A stretch of DNA of 63,641 nt, filler included, from Octopus bimaculoides (taxonomy: Eukaryota), in NCBI RefSeq assembly GCF_001194135.2. It is 5 parts of 5 records of this genome, joined end to end, with 100 filler letters (N's around TTAATTAATTAA, not from the genome) between each part and the next. Parts side by side here need not be neighbours in the genome. Positions count along the whole stretch, not along the records: positions 1 to 12,328 come from NC_068985.1; 4 more parts are not named here. One strand, written 5' to 3'. The notes beneath the pieces were generated by a model. That model was given only the letters and a program-made list of their open reading frames with translations, ran no database searches and was not told the origin of the DNA. Shown here in pieces: positions 1 through 11,279 of this stretch. Made by a program: the position numbers and the translations under genes. The first letter of the stretch is position 1, and each line of letters begins with the position of its first letter.

Positions 1-40
<40 letters not shown>

Positions 41-47
41 TATATAC

Positions 48-80
<33 letters not shown>

Positions 81-378
81 CATATATATACATATACATA
101 TATATATATGTGTGTATATATATATGTATTTGTCACGACTTTAATGACTAGTTACAGTTGTTTCTTTACAAACTCTCTTTAAAATGCCAATTCACGTAAA
201 AGTTCCATGTGAAAAGTTATGTAAAACTCACAGTTTTAAACATTAGATTGGCACTTGGTCAGACTTGCATCAAAGGTGCGCTCGTACATTGTGCGTCTGC
301 CACTCATTGTGTTTTGCTTGTATCGGAAGGAAATAAAAATATAAAAATAAAAATAACAAACATATATATATAAATATA

Positions 379-640
379 CTTTATTATTAAAGCTACAATA
401 GCATCACAAGAAAATCACAAAAAACTGCTTCTGAGAGTTTCACGTTCCCGTCGAGAATCAAAACTGTCCGATGAACGGGAATGTGAAGCTCTGGGTAGCA
501 TTTTTTTTTTTGGTGATTTTTATGTGATGCTTTTACAACTTTAATAATAAAGCATATTACTCTACCGCCGGTATTCGAGTACTATTTTTCCAGTCTTATT
601 TCACATTTACGTACTTAATCTGGTATATACATATATGTCT
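379..640 (+). mobile_element. Penelope-type terminal-repeat fragment with an inverted partial copy and a hammerhead-like motif
   Basis: Arms 379-451 and 475-552 are reverse complements. The same family tail (aaagcatattactctacc..ggtattcgagtactattttt) recurs inverted at 6121-6210. Confidence 0.6.
460..504 (+). ncRNA. Degenerate minimal type I hammerhead ribozyme motif
   Basis: aaaactgt-CCGATGA-acg ggaa tgt-GAAG-ctc t ggg-T-A-gcatttt. The core has U4>C and GAAA>GAAG; the inverted arm preserves the GAAA version. Confidence 0.55.
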
Positions 641-770
641 GTGTGTGTATGTGTAATATATATACATATATACACTTATACATTATATAATATATAAACA
701 TATACATCGTGTGTATATATGTATATTGTATATTAGTTTCTTGACAGGATCAAAAAAAGTACTCAATCCA

Positions 771-807
<37 letters not shown>

Positions 808-907
808 AATACGGAAGCTATACATTAGCTAAGCGCAGTAATTTGGGCAGGTTAATATAGCGTTCTCGGAAATCGTTTAAGCTCAATTAACATGCTGATT
901 CCATTGA

Positions 908-1180
908 ATCTTAGTGTCTATTCAGATACTGGCATAGCAAATAGCCAGTGAGCTTATTAAAAAGAGATTAATAACGACAGCGTGTGTTATACTGCGTGAT
1001 TTATCTCGAGATATTCTGTCATAATGACTCGTGATACATAAAAGCACATGTGATTATATCGTTATGTTGGATCTCAAGGTTACTTTTTGGTATCAATATT
1101 ACATCTGTCGCAATGAATTATTTTTAAAAAAATTAGACACTGGCTATTTGCAACACCGGTGCCTGAATAGTCAATGAGAT
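908..1180. repeat. Degenerate fold-back / MITE-like inverted repeat
   Basis: 908-950 (atcttagtgtctattcagatactggcatagcaaatagccagtg) is an imperfect reverse complement of 1138-1180 (cactggctatttgcaacaccggtgcctgaatagtcaatgagat), with weaker symmetry inward. Confidence 0.7.
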
Positions 1181-1707
1181 ACTTTATATCGTTGACGTGA
1201 GATTCGGTTGTTATCGCGCTGCTGGACATTTATCACTAAGAAACTCACAACAGGCTGAAATCACGGGATCTTGCTGTTCTGGCGGCCGTAGCACTATTGT
1301 CGCCTGTCAGCTATATAACTACGTGTGCTTTTATGCACCATGTGTCCTTGGGAGAGACCCTCGCAAGGTAAATAACGCAGTATTCTGTGTTTCAACACAA
1401 CCTCCACGTTAAGTTGGAGATCAAGTCGTTATTAATTTTTTTTTATATAATTGTATATTAATGTGTTTGCATGAGTATAGTAATAATGTATATCACAAGT
1501 CAGCTTTTTCCTTCTTGTCTTCCATATTATGAAATTATATGGGTCTATTGTCGTAGACCCAATATGATACATAATTTTATGCATATATGTTTCTTTTGCA
1601 CTTTTGAAGAAAAATACCTCGCTTAATTGTGGCTTACTTTATGGAGAATGTATTCCTCCTATTACCAAATATATATTTTAACATCATCTTTGTTCTTTTC
1701 ATGTTAG

Positions 1708-1944
1708 AGAACCAGTGCAATGCATATAACTGCAAGTATGGTGGAGTTTGTGATCATGACTCAGAAGACTTCCAATGCAACTGTGATTTCGACTGCAAGA
1801 AAGAAAATGAGGATCCGAAGGAACAAAAAAGCCACGATTCAACCGTATGCGGATCCGATGGAATCCTTTACACAAACCCTTGTGTGATGAAACGAACTTC
1901 TTGCCTTCAGCAGAAACTCATTGAATTAAAACCAAAGCATTTCT
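1708..1944 (+). CDS. Internal exon (phase 1-1) encoding a follistatin-like module (FOLN + Kazal) of an agrin/tomoregulin-like extracellular protein
   Basis: Translation NQCNAYNCKYGGVCDHDSEDFQCNCDFDC...VCGSDGILYTNPCVMKRTSCLQQKLIELKPKHF(C) has the 10-Cys follistatin pattern and the Kazal VCGSDG.TY.N.C motif. Pyrimidine tract plus AG at 1706-1707, consensus donor GTAAGT at 1945-1950, length 237 nt (79 codons). Gene identity cannot be resolved from one domain. Confidence 0.9.
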
Positions 1945-2003
1945 GTAAGTTATCCAACCGATTCTTCTAATCTATGTCATCACTATTATCACTACTATTA
2001 CTA

Positions 2004-2222
2004 TAGAAACGTTAGCACGACAAGCGAAATGTTTAGCGGTATTTCGTCTGCCGTTACGGTCTGAGTTCAAATTTCGCTGAGGTCGACTTTGCCTTTCATC
2101 TTTTCGGGACCGATTAAATAAGTACCAGTTACACACTGGGGTCGATGTAATCGACTTAATCCCCTTGTCTGTCCTTGTTTGTCCCCTCTATGTTTAGCCC
2201 CGTGTGGGCAATAAAGAAATAA
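2004..2222 (+). mobile_element. tRNA-derived SINE, family A
   Basis: gaaacgttagcac..gcgaaatg.ttagcggtatttcgtctg..gagttcaaat..gaggtcgactttgcctttcatc; more than 10 copies in the window with A-box and B-box-like motifs. Confidence 0.85.
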
Positions 2223-2472
2223 AGAAATTATTATTATTATTATTGTTATCCTCATCATTTCTTTATTAACCACAAAGGGTTTACATTAAAAAAACATTGT
2301 GGACAGCACAGAACAAATAGAATGTGGGGTTACATGAAAGTATAAACAATGAAGACAATCAATTATAACAACAAAATTCCCCCAAAAGAGGGAGACCTCT
2401 TAGGACTGCTCGTGGAAACCCCACAAATCCACGACAGTCCTGACCACCAAATAATAATGATGATGATGATAA

Positions 2473-2962
2473 TATCTGCTCAGTTCCACAGATTTGCTTG
2501 TCAGCTGCTTGACTTTAACCAGTTGAGCATGTCCCTTAGTGGCTGACGATATGTGCATCTCTGATCACGAGCAGAAGTGGTGNNNNNNNNNNGCATCTCT
2601 GATCACGAGCAGAAGTGGTGGGGGAGCATCATAGCCATGTGTTGAGAGGAATTCTTTGGGGTTTGGATAATTCACCTTTGGAAACATAGATGTTTTGTTC
2701 AACATTCTTAAAGAACTCTTATTCAGGGACCTTTTAAGCGGGATGGGTTACTCAACTTGAAGAAAATTCTAACTGGGCCCACCTGCAAGGTCATGCGTGG
2801 TTTATGTTGATATAATATCACCATGTAGCGCACATATGGTTGTGATGCATGTGCGTGTGATGCATGTGCATATACCCTTATCAGACGGGTAGTCATGATG
2901 GATATACTGGGCTTCGTATATTTTACCCCCAGTGTCACTTCGATGGCATGCACTGCTCTCTC

Positions 2963-2964
<2 letters not shown>
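2473..2964 (+). mobile_element. Retroposon 3' end with (AAT)n tail, family F
   Basis: Aligns over ~370 bp with an inverted copy at 17460-17835 and ends gcactgctctctc-(aat)n. Confidence 0.75.
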
Positions 2965-3008
<44 letters not shown>

Positions 3009-3011
3009 GTA

Positions 3012-3208
3012 ATGGTTTTAATTTTTAGTACAAGAACAGCAATTTCAGGGAAGGGGATATTTATTTTATCTGGTACTTATTTTATCAACCCCGAAAGGAT
3101 TAGATGCAATGTCGACCTCAGAGGAATTTGAACTCAAAGCGTAAAGACTGACCAAATGTTGCTAAGCATTTTGTTCAGCGTGTTAACGATTCTGTCGGTT
3201 TGTCGCCT
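3012..3208 (-). mobile_element. SINE family A (older copy)
   Basis: Reverse complement of the family A consensus. Confidence 0.75.
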
Positions 3209-3240
3209 CAATAATAATAATAATAATAATAATAATAATC

Positions 3241-3410
3241 ATACATACAGAAAATTGCACTACTGGGCACTGCACACATCCTACGCAAAACACTTTCAAT
3301 ACAGTAACCATAAGAGCATCACAGCAAACCACAGCACATACCCAAGGCACGCAGAGCTGCGCTCGGTAGTGAAGTGAAAGCACGTTATAAAAACAAAACT
3401 ACTGAACAAT
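3241..3410 (+). mobile_element. R4/Dong-type (restriction-like endonuclease) LINE 3' end, 5'-truncated
   Basis: Encodes IQKIALLGTAHILRKTLSIQ*, followed by a 3' UTR and (AAT)n; related copies at 4368-4610 and 44612-44750. Confidence 0.8.
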
Positions 3411-3434
3411 AATAATAATGATAATAAGTTGCTA

Positions 3435-3850
3435 GAGCATAACACACTGGACCTAATGGTGGTGGGTAAGGTGCACCACAAATGCTATATAGTTGATTTG
3501 AATGCCCCATTGACCACGAATAGTCAAGAAGAAAGGTGAAAAGATAAATAGATACAACCCTCTTAAGTACAAAATAGCCTGGCTATGGAAAATAAAGAAG
3601 GTGAAGATAGTGCCAATTATTGCTGGATCCTTGGGAACAGTATCAGAAGGCATCAAGAGGAATATGAAGGAAATTGGAAAAGAGTTCCCAGTAGAACTGT
3701 TACAAAAATTTTCCCTTGACACGGCCAGAATAACCAGGAAAGTATTAGATAGCTGAAAAGAACGAATAGCTTGATACCGTAGGCTGCAGGCAGTAAGCCC
3801 GCTACGCATGCAAGACTCCAGGAGCTCCAACAAAACCTGTGGTAAAAAGA
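3435..3850 (+). mobile_element. R4/Dong-type LINE REL endonuclease remnant (second subfamily)
   Basis: EHNTLDLMVVGKVHHKCYIVDLNAP, then a frameshift, then RIVKKKGEKINRYNPLKYKIAWLWKIKKVKIVPIIAGSLGTV...LLQKFSLDTARITRKVLDS* (stop 3754-3756). This matches the PD..D..K REL domain pattern. Confidence 0.8.
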
Positions 3851-4311
3851 AAATAATAATAATAATAATAATAATTCCCTCTGATCATAATATAGCGGCG
3901 AAAGAANNNNNNNNNNTACACACATACATATATCTGTACTTACATAAATAGTCATGCGTACACGTAGATACATTCACAGGTACATATCATATTGAAGAAT
4001 GTACCGAAAGCAAACGATTCCGATTCAGAGAATATGTCATGTGTGAGTGACATAAACTATGAGAAAGATTGGTAAGGCAAAGAGTCGAAAGGAAAGGACT
4101 GTAGGCTCACCCAAATGAAAAGCAAAAGAGGAGAGGAAGGAGACTGTGTGAGAAGAGAAGGCTGACGTAATTGATGAGAAGTGGTGATAAGAAGATTGAG
4201 AAAGAGAGCAACATATTTTGTGTAATTCGTAGTATACTTAACCGACTGTGGCGCTTATCACCAGAGACAGCAACTGATAACGACCTTTTACACATATATG
4301 AATTTGATTAG

Positions 4312-4367
<56 letters not shown>

Positions 4368-4368
<1 letters not shown>

Positions 4369-4610
4369 TCGAATGTTGAGTCTAAAAACAAACAATTCCT
4401 ATCACGATAGGCGCATTAGGTATGATAAAAAATATTCAAATACATAACAAAAACACTACTAGACACTGCACACATGCTGCGTAAAACACTTTCAATGCAG
4501 TAACAATAAGAGCATCACAACAAACCACAGCACATACCCAAGGCACACAGAGCTGCGCTCGGTGGTGTAGTGAAAGCACGTGATAAAAATAAGACTACTG
4601 AATTATGATA
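4368..4610 (+). mobile_element. R4/Dong-type LINE 3' end
   Basis: TIPITIGALGMIK from 4392, a degenerate LGTAHILRKTLS and the same 3' UTR as 3241-3410; flanked by (AAT)n. Confidence 0.75.
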
Positions 4611-4669
4611 ATAATAACAATAATAATAATGATGATAATAATAATAATAATAATAATAATAATATAATA

Positions 4670-4803
4670 AGTCGTGACTTACAGTTTCAATATCGTTAAC
4701 TGGTCAATTACTGAAATATGTAATGTTGACAGAAAAATACGAAAACTGTTGACAATGCATAGAATGTACCACCCTAAGGCAGATATAGAACGTCTTTATC
4801 TGC
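4670..4803 (+). mobile_element. R4/Dong-type LINE post-RT fragment (truncated by gap)
   Basis: VTYSFNIVNWSITEICNVDRKIRKLLTMHRMYHPKADIERLYL matches the DRKTRKLLTM..MHHPKADVDRLY motif of this LINE group. Confidence 0.75.
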
Positions 4804-4903
4804 NNNNNNNNNNNNNNNNNNNNNNNNNNNNNNNNNNNNNNNNNNNNNNNNNNNNNNNNNNNNNNNNNNNNNNNNNNNNNNNNNNNNNNNNNNNNNNNNN
4901 NNN

Positions 4904-4945
<42 letters not shown>

Positions 4946-4946
<1 letters not shown>

Positions 4947-5145
4947 TGGGTTTCAAATTTTGGCACCAAGCCAGCAATTTCAGGGCAGGGGTAAGCCGAT
5001 TATATCAAACCCAGTGCTCAACTGGTAATTATTCTATCGACCCTGAAAGGATGAAAAGCAAAGTTAACCTCGGCAGGATTTGAAAATAACGAGAACGAAA
5101 GCCGAAAAATTTTCTTTTTTCCTGAAGTTCTTGCGATTCTGCCAT
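4946..5145 (-). mobile_element. SINE family A
   Basis: Reverse complement of the family A consensus. Confidence 0.7.
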
Positions 5146-5311
5146 AATAATAGTAAAATTTTATTCAAAGGGGTCAGCTATGCCTATGTGGTTAAGAAAC
5201 CCAGGCTCTGGCATGACCATTTAGCTTAAGCTGTTTACTTTGCAACCACGTAAGTCTATTTTTAGAAATAATACATTTCTAAATCTCTCAGAGAGATTTA
5301 TGCAGTAGTGA

Positions 5312-5486
5312 TACGATGAAGTAGTTGTATGCTGTCAACTTAATATGACAGTTCCCTGAAGGGAATAATACTATACTGTTGGTTAGACCTAGGAAGCGGT
5401 ACAGCTTCCTAGGTCTAACCAACAGTAGTATTATTCCCTTCAGGGGACTGTCACATTAAGTTGACAGCATACAACTACTTCACGTA
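5312..5486. repeat. Near-perfect ~80-bp fold-back hairpin (MITE-like palindrome)
   Basis: Arm 5317-5397 versus arm 5404-5482: two substitutions and one 2-nt indel; 6-nt loop ggtaca. Confidence 0.95.
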
Positions 5487-5668
5487 GGCCTATGTTCAAT
5501 AAATACAATTTCTCAGCATCTTGAATAAGGCTCTTTTGCCATAGACTTGGGTTGATCCTAAGTCTTGTGAATGAAATTTGGTAAATGGAAACTGTTTAGA
5601 ATCTCATCCGATTTAGAGCTGTAAATTTAATCCATTGTTTAGCTAGTGCAATACCATCATCTGATAAG

Positions 5669-5824
5669 ATCAGCTATTTTATCGACTCCAGTAGGCGACT
5701 GACACTTTATTTTATCAATTCTGGATTGATGTCAAAGTTGACCTTGGCGAGATTTTAATCAGGACGTAATGATCCAGAACAAATTCCATAAGGGATTTTG
5801 TTCAACGCTCTACCGATTCTGCCA
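5669..5824 (-). mobile_element. SINE family A (degenerate)
   Basis: Reverse complement similarity to family A. Confidence 0.6.
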
Positions 5825-6063
5825 ATACACCGTCATAGGTGTTATAAAAAATAACGAATTGTAAGGGTTGTACAATATGTAATACATACAATCATGTACT
5901 ACACTGGGTACAAATATTGTCTAATATAGAACTCACTACAATGGATGACGTAGACTGATACGTTTATTCCACCAAAGACAAAATATTAGTCTATCGAGTT
6001 TCAACACTGGCTGACCATAATGGTAGATAATAAGTCGAGTGGAATGTCATATTGTGATAACAA

Positions 6064-6103
<40 letters not shown>

Positions 6104-6120
6104 ACAAACACACACACACA

Positions 6121-6236
6121 CAAGTAAGCACATAAATGCAAAACAAGGTGGGAAAAAATAGTACTCGAATACCAAGGGTAGAGTAATATGCTTTTATTAA
6201 AGCTGCAAAATCATATTTGATAGGAGTATTCATCAC
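6121..6236 (-). mobile_element. Penelope-type terminal-repeat fragment, same family as 379-640
   Basis: The reverse complement reads gctttaataaaagcatattactctacccttggtattcgagtactatttttt; truncated by a gap. Confidence 0.6.
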
Positions 6237-7208
6237 NNNNNNNNNNNNNNNNNNNNNNNNNNNNNNNNNNNNNNNNNNNNNNNNNNNNNNNNNNNNNNNN
6301 NNNNNNNNNNNNNNNNNNNNNNNNNNNNNNNNNNNNNNNNNNNNNNNNNNNNNNNNNNNNNNNNNNNNNNNNNNNNNNNNNNNNNNNNNNNNNNNNNNNN
6401 NNNNNNNNNNNNNNNNNNNNNNNNNNNNNNNNNNNNNNNNNNNNNNNNNNNNNNNNNNNNNNNNNNNNNNNNNNNNNNNNNNNNNNNNNNNNNNNNNNNN
6501 NNNNNNNNNNNNNNNNNNNNNNNNNNNNNNNNNNNNNNNNNNNNNNNNNNNNNNNNNNNNNNNNNNNNNNNNNNNNNNNNNNNNNNNNNNNNNNNNNNNN
6601 NNNNNNNNNNNNNNNNNNNNNNNNNNNNNNNNNNNNNNNNNNNNNNNNNNNNNNNNNNNNNNNNNNNNNNNNNNNNNNNNNNNNNNNNNNNNNNNNNNNN
6701 NNNNNNNNNNNNNNNNNNNNNNNNNNNNNNNNNNNNNNNNNNNNNNNNNNNNNNNNNNNNNNNNNNNNNNNNNNNNNNNNNNNNNNNNNNNNNNNNNNNN
6801 NNNNNNNNNNNNNNNNNNNNNNNNNNNNNNNNNNNNNNNNNNNNNNNNNNNNNNNNNNNNNNNNNNNNNNNNNNNNNNNNNNNNNNNNNNNNNNNNNNNN
6901 NNNNNNNNNNNNNNNNNNNNNNNNNNNNNNNNNNNNNNNNNNNNNNNNNNNNNNNNNNNNNNNNNNNNNNNNNNNNNNNNNNNNNNNNNNCAAACAGCCT
7001 GACAGTGAAAAATGTTCAATCGCAATATAAATTATCAGTTATATTCCCTTTAGTACTCACACACTACTTATCTCACCCTCTCTTTGCGATTACGTTTGTG
7101 TGTACTTTTTAGTGAAATATTTACACTTAAAATCGTAATTCAATTTACATACTAAGTCTATTTAAATGTGAATGCCAGCCTATGCATGCATACACACATG
7201 CGTACAGA

Positions 7209-7209
7209 C

Positions 7210-7268
<59 letters not shown>
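7209..7268. repeat. (AGAT)n microsatellite
   Basis: Direct reading. Confidence 0.95.
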
Positions 7269-8934
7269 TACGTATGTATATACATATATGTATATATATA
7301 NNNNNNNNNNNNNNNNNNNNNNNNNNNNNNNNNNNNNNNNNNNNNNNNNNNNNNNNNNNNNNNNNNNNNNNNNNNNNNNNNNNNNNNNNNNNNNNNNNNN
7401 NNNNNNNNNNNNNNNNNNNNNNNNNNNNNNNNNNNNNNNNNNNNNNNNNNNNNNNNNNNNNNNNNNNNNNNNNNNNNNNNNNNNNNNNNNNNNNNNNNNN
7501 NNNNNNNNNNNNNNNNNNNNNNNNNNNNNNNNNNNNNNNNNNNNNNNNNNNNNNNNNNNNNNNNNNNNNNNNNNNNNNNNNNNNNNNNNNNNNNNNNNNN
7601 NNNNNNNNNNNNNNNNNNNNNNNNNNNNNNNNNNNNNNNNNNNNNNNNNNNNNNNNNNNNNNNNNNNNNNNNNNNNNNNNNNNNNNNNNNNNNNNNNNNN
7701 NNNNNNNNNNNNNNNNNNNNNNNNNNNNNNNNNNNNNNNNNNNNNNNNNNNNNNNNNNNNNNNNNNNNNNNNNNNNNNNNNNNNNNNNNNNNNNNNNNNN
7801 NNNNNNNNNNNNNNNNNNNNNNNNNNNNNNNNNNNNNNNNNNNNNNNNNNNNNTATATATATATATATATATCGTTATTAATCTATCTATTGTATTTATT
7901 CAAAGTTGCACTGAGACTAAATAAAACACTAATTCAATCCCTAACGTAATATTCGGTTTTCTATATCAGATGCCAATGCAGTACATATAAACCTATTTAG
8001 TTATACAAAATGAAAGGCACTTAATGGCCGATAGTGTTTCGAATAACGAATCAGAGACATAAGACTTTTACAATGTTTAATTCCGGCATTTTTATTTCTT
8101 GAGTTCAAATCACGATGAGTGCGGCTTTTCTTTCATCATTTCGGAGCCAAACAAAAATAGTGTGCTAGTCCAGTCTTGAGGTCAATTTAATTGATTTCCG
8201 TACATAAACTTAAGAAACTACGGCTGCCGAACGAATATTCTTAGTGTCGTCTATGTTTTATCGATCACAAGAACTAATAGCTTCGAAAGCATTAATTGCC
8301 GAAACAGGGCAATGCAAATATGATAATTCAACAGTTCCCAATTTTTTTTGCACCTAGGACTGGTTTCATGCAAAACAATTTTTCCACAGACCAGTGTATC
8401 GCACGCATAACAAACACAATAAAGTAGCTTATATATAGCTTGAATAATAAATATGTCACATATATAATACATAATTCAAAAACCGCATGCAGAGTGCGAT
8501 CGTCTGCATGAAATCAGAACAAAATATAATACTTTATTCTTTCTGTGCGGAATATTGGTTCACGGATCGGTATCGGTACTGGGCGTCCGTTATCGCACTT
8601 AATACAAATGAGCTGAAGAAAAAATAGCCTTATCAAATGTGTATAAATTGTAACACAAGCGTTTATCCGCTATGACGACGCACAGAGTTAGCAAGTTTGA
8701 CTTTTCGGAATTGGAGTTTGATATCATATCAGTAACTACTGTGAAGATGTAGTTCATTGTACTTTTTCATATGTTACGGGTGGAAGCAAATTAATGGGGA
8801 GATTGTCAGAGTCTCTCTCTCTCTCTCTCTCTCTCTCAGCGATTATTTTATTTACTATTTCATGTACATTTCGTTTTCTATGCTACAATGATAATATTTA
8901 ATTACAATGTTATATGTTTTTGTGTGAATTACAG

Positions 8935-8982
8935 GTGTAAAAGCGAAACAAGAATTACCCAAGAAGAACTGCAATGTACACG
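8935..8982 (+). CDS. Candidate 48-nt internal exon of the same gene, (C)VKAKQELPKKNCNVH(G/D/E/A/V)
   Basis: Acceptor ttacag|G at 8934, donor CG|gtacgt at 8983, phase 1-1 with no stop. Its first two bases (GT) complete the split T|GT Cys10 codon left by the upstream exon. No homology evidence available. Confidence 0.45.
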
Positions 8983-9619
8983 GTACGTGGACAACCTAAT
9001 CAACTGAGGAACTTTCATAATTATCACAATATCGTAACTATATANNNNNNNNNNNNNNNNNNNNNNNNNNNNNNNNNNNNNNNNNNNNNNNNNNNNNNNN
9101 NNNNNNNNNNNNNNNNNNNNNNNNNNNNNNNNNNNNNNNNNNNNNNNNNNNNNNNNNNNNNNNNNNNNNNNNNNNNNNNNNNNNNNNNNNNNNNNNNNNN
9201 NNNNNNNNNNNNNNNNNNNNNNNNNNNNNNNNNNNNNNNNNNNNNNNNNNNNNNNNNNNNNNNNNNNNNNNNNNNNNNNNNNNNNNNNNNNNNNNNNNNN
9301 NNNNNNNNNNNNNNNNNNNNNNNNNNNNNNNNNNNNNNNNNNNNNNNNNNNNNNNNNNNNNNNNNNNNNNNNNNNNNNNNNNNNNNNNNNNNNNNNNNNN
9401 NATATATATATATATATATAATATACATATATAGAGAGAAACATACCAAAATCCAGAATATAGATAGATATATATATATGCATTCACCAAAATGGACGAC
9501 CCAGTGATATATTCCAAATCTACTTAACTTTCTACGTTCTACAAGCTTGACAGATATGCACATATCCATACAGACATGTTAACATGTACATACCTAACTG
9601 AATATACAAAAGTGCATAT

Positions 9620-9694
<75 letters not shown>

Positions 9695-9700
9695 TGTGCG

Positions 9701-9750
<50 letters not shown>

Positions 9751-10268
9751 CTGTGCACGTGAGAGTGTGGGTGCATACACGGTGAATAAAACATACATTC
9801 CCTTTACTCTGTTATCTATGAATGACATGCACGCACGCTTACTCATAATTTTACACGCGCGCGCGCGCACATGCATTAAAAACAATCCTACATAACTATC
9901 TATGTATTATACACATTAAATATATACATAATATTACGCGATATACATAATATATATGCTGTATAGACAAATATGCAATTATACATAATACAGGTATACG
10001 AAATATGATGAAAGAACATACTGGCAGATATGTAGTTATTTTGACTCCTACATAAAAAGTGAAGAGTGAATATATAAGTTTGCTTAAAACATTTGTTCAA
10101 ATTTGCTGTATAAAATATTACTGCGTACTTGATTGCGGAGATGTAAATATATGTATGTATGAGCATATGTATACATGCATGTATACATTTAGAGCGGTAC
10201 ATAGATGTCTTTAAATATGTGTGTGGATATATATATATATATATATATATTATGGTGATAGTTAGGGT

Positions 10269-10305
<37 letters not shown>

Positions 10306-10857
10306 TGTGTATATGTATATAGGTATATGTATATATGTATATATATATATGTATATGTATATGTATAATGTGTGTATGTATGTATGTATGTATGTGTGCA
10401 TGTACCTTGTCTGTGTATGTAATTCATTGGCCACACCATTTCTTCTTTTCATTTTCTTGGGTAACAGGATAGCATATTTCACTCTAAATGTTTTCCTTCG
10501 TGATGAAAAGATTTCTTCATGTATATAAAATTATATAAAAGATAAAGTAGTTAATTTTGAATGAATTGTAATTTAAGTTTTAATTATTCTGTTCAGTTTA
10601 ATTGAACAATAATTTCCTCAAACCCTGGAGAAAGTAAACAAAGAGGAATACAAAAGAAAAAAACAATGCTTCGCTGTAACAAATAAAATGAAGAATTACA
10701 ATGCAACGTTATATATGCATTGATATTTAGAAACACGCATACATATACACATCCATCTATACAGACATACACATATGCACACACATACACATGTGCGTGT
10801 ATATATATATATATATATAGGTATACATTACGAAAGCATTCAATCATATGTGTGTGC

Positions 10858-10860
<3 letters not shown>

Positions 10861-10945
<85 letters not shown>
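10861..10945. repeat. (TG)n microsatellite
   Basis: Direct reading. Confidence 0.95.
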
Positions 10946-10948
<3 letters not shown>

Positions 10949-11279
10949 GTAAGCAAAATATAAATATATTTGCTTATTGTTCCTTTCAAATAGTGTTCTT
11001 TTAGCTTAGGTTTTGTTCCGAATAGTTTGCCATAAGATTGCATCTCGGAAAAGAAAGTTCTGAAAGTTTTTAGTTTTATATTTTTATAATTTTCTTCATC
11101 GATTCGCTATCTGATGATCGGTTTTTCAGTACATAACTTTATGCAACCGAACATCAAACGAGTTTAAATGTGTGTACGCAAAAATCCTATTGAAACGAGA
11201 ACTTGCACCAGTTTTAGCTTTTTTTTTTATTAAGAATTTTCATATTACTTTATAAACTCTCTATGTTGTGTTTGGAACA

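Noticed and set aside
11107-11160. CTGATGA..aaccGAAc hammerhead-like string
   Set aside because: GAAA incomplete, and no convincing stem I or stem III.
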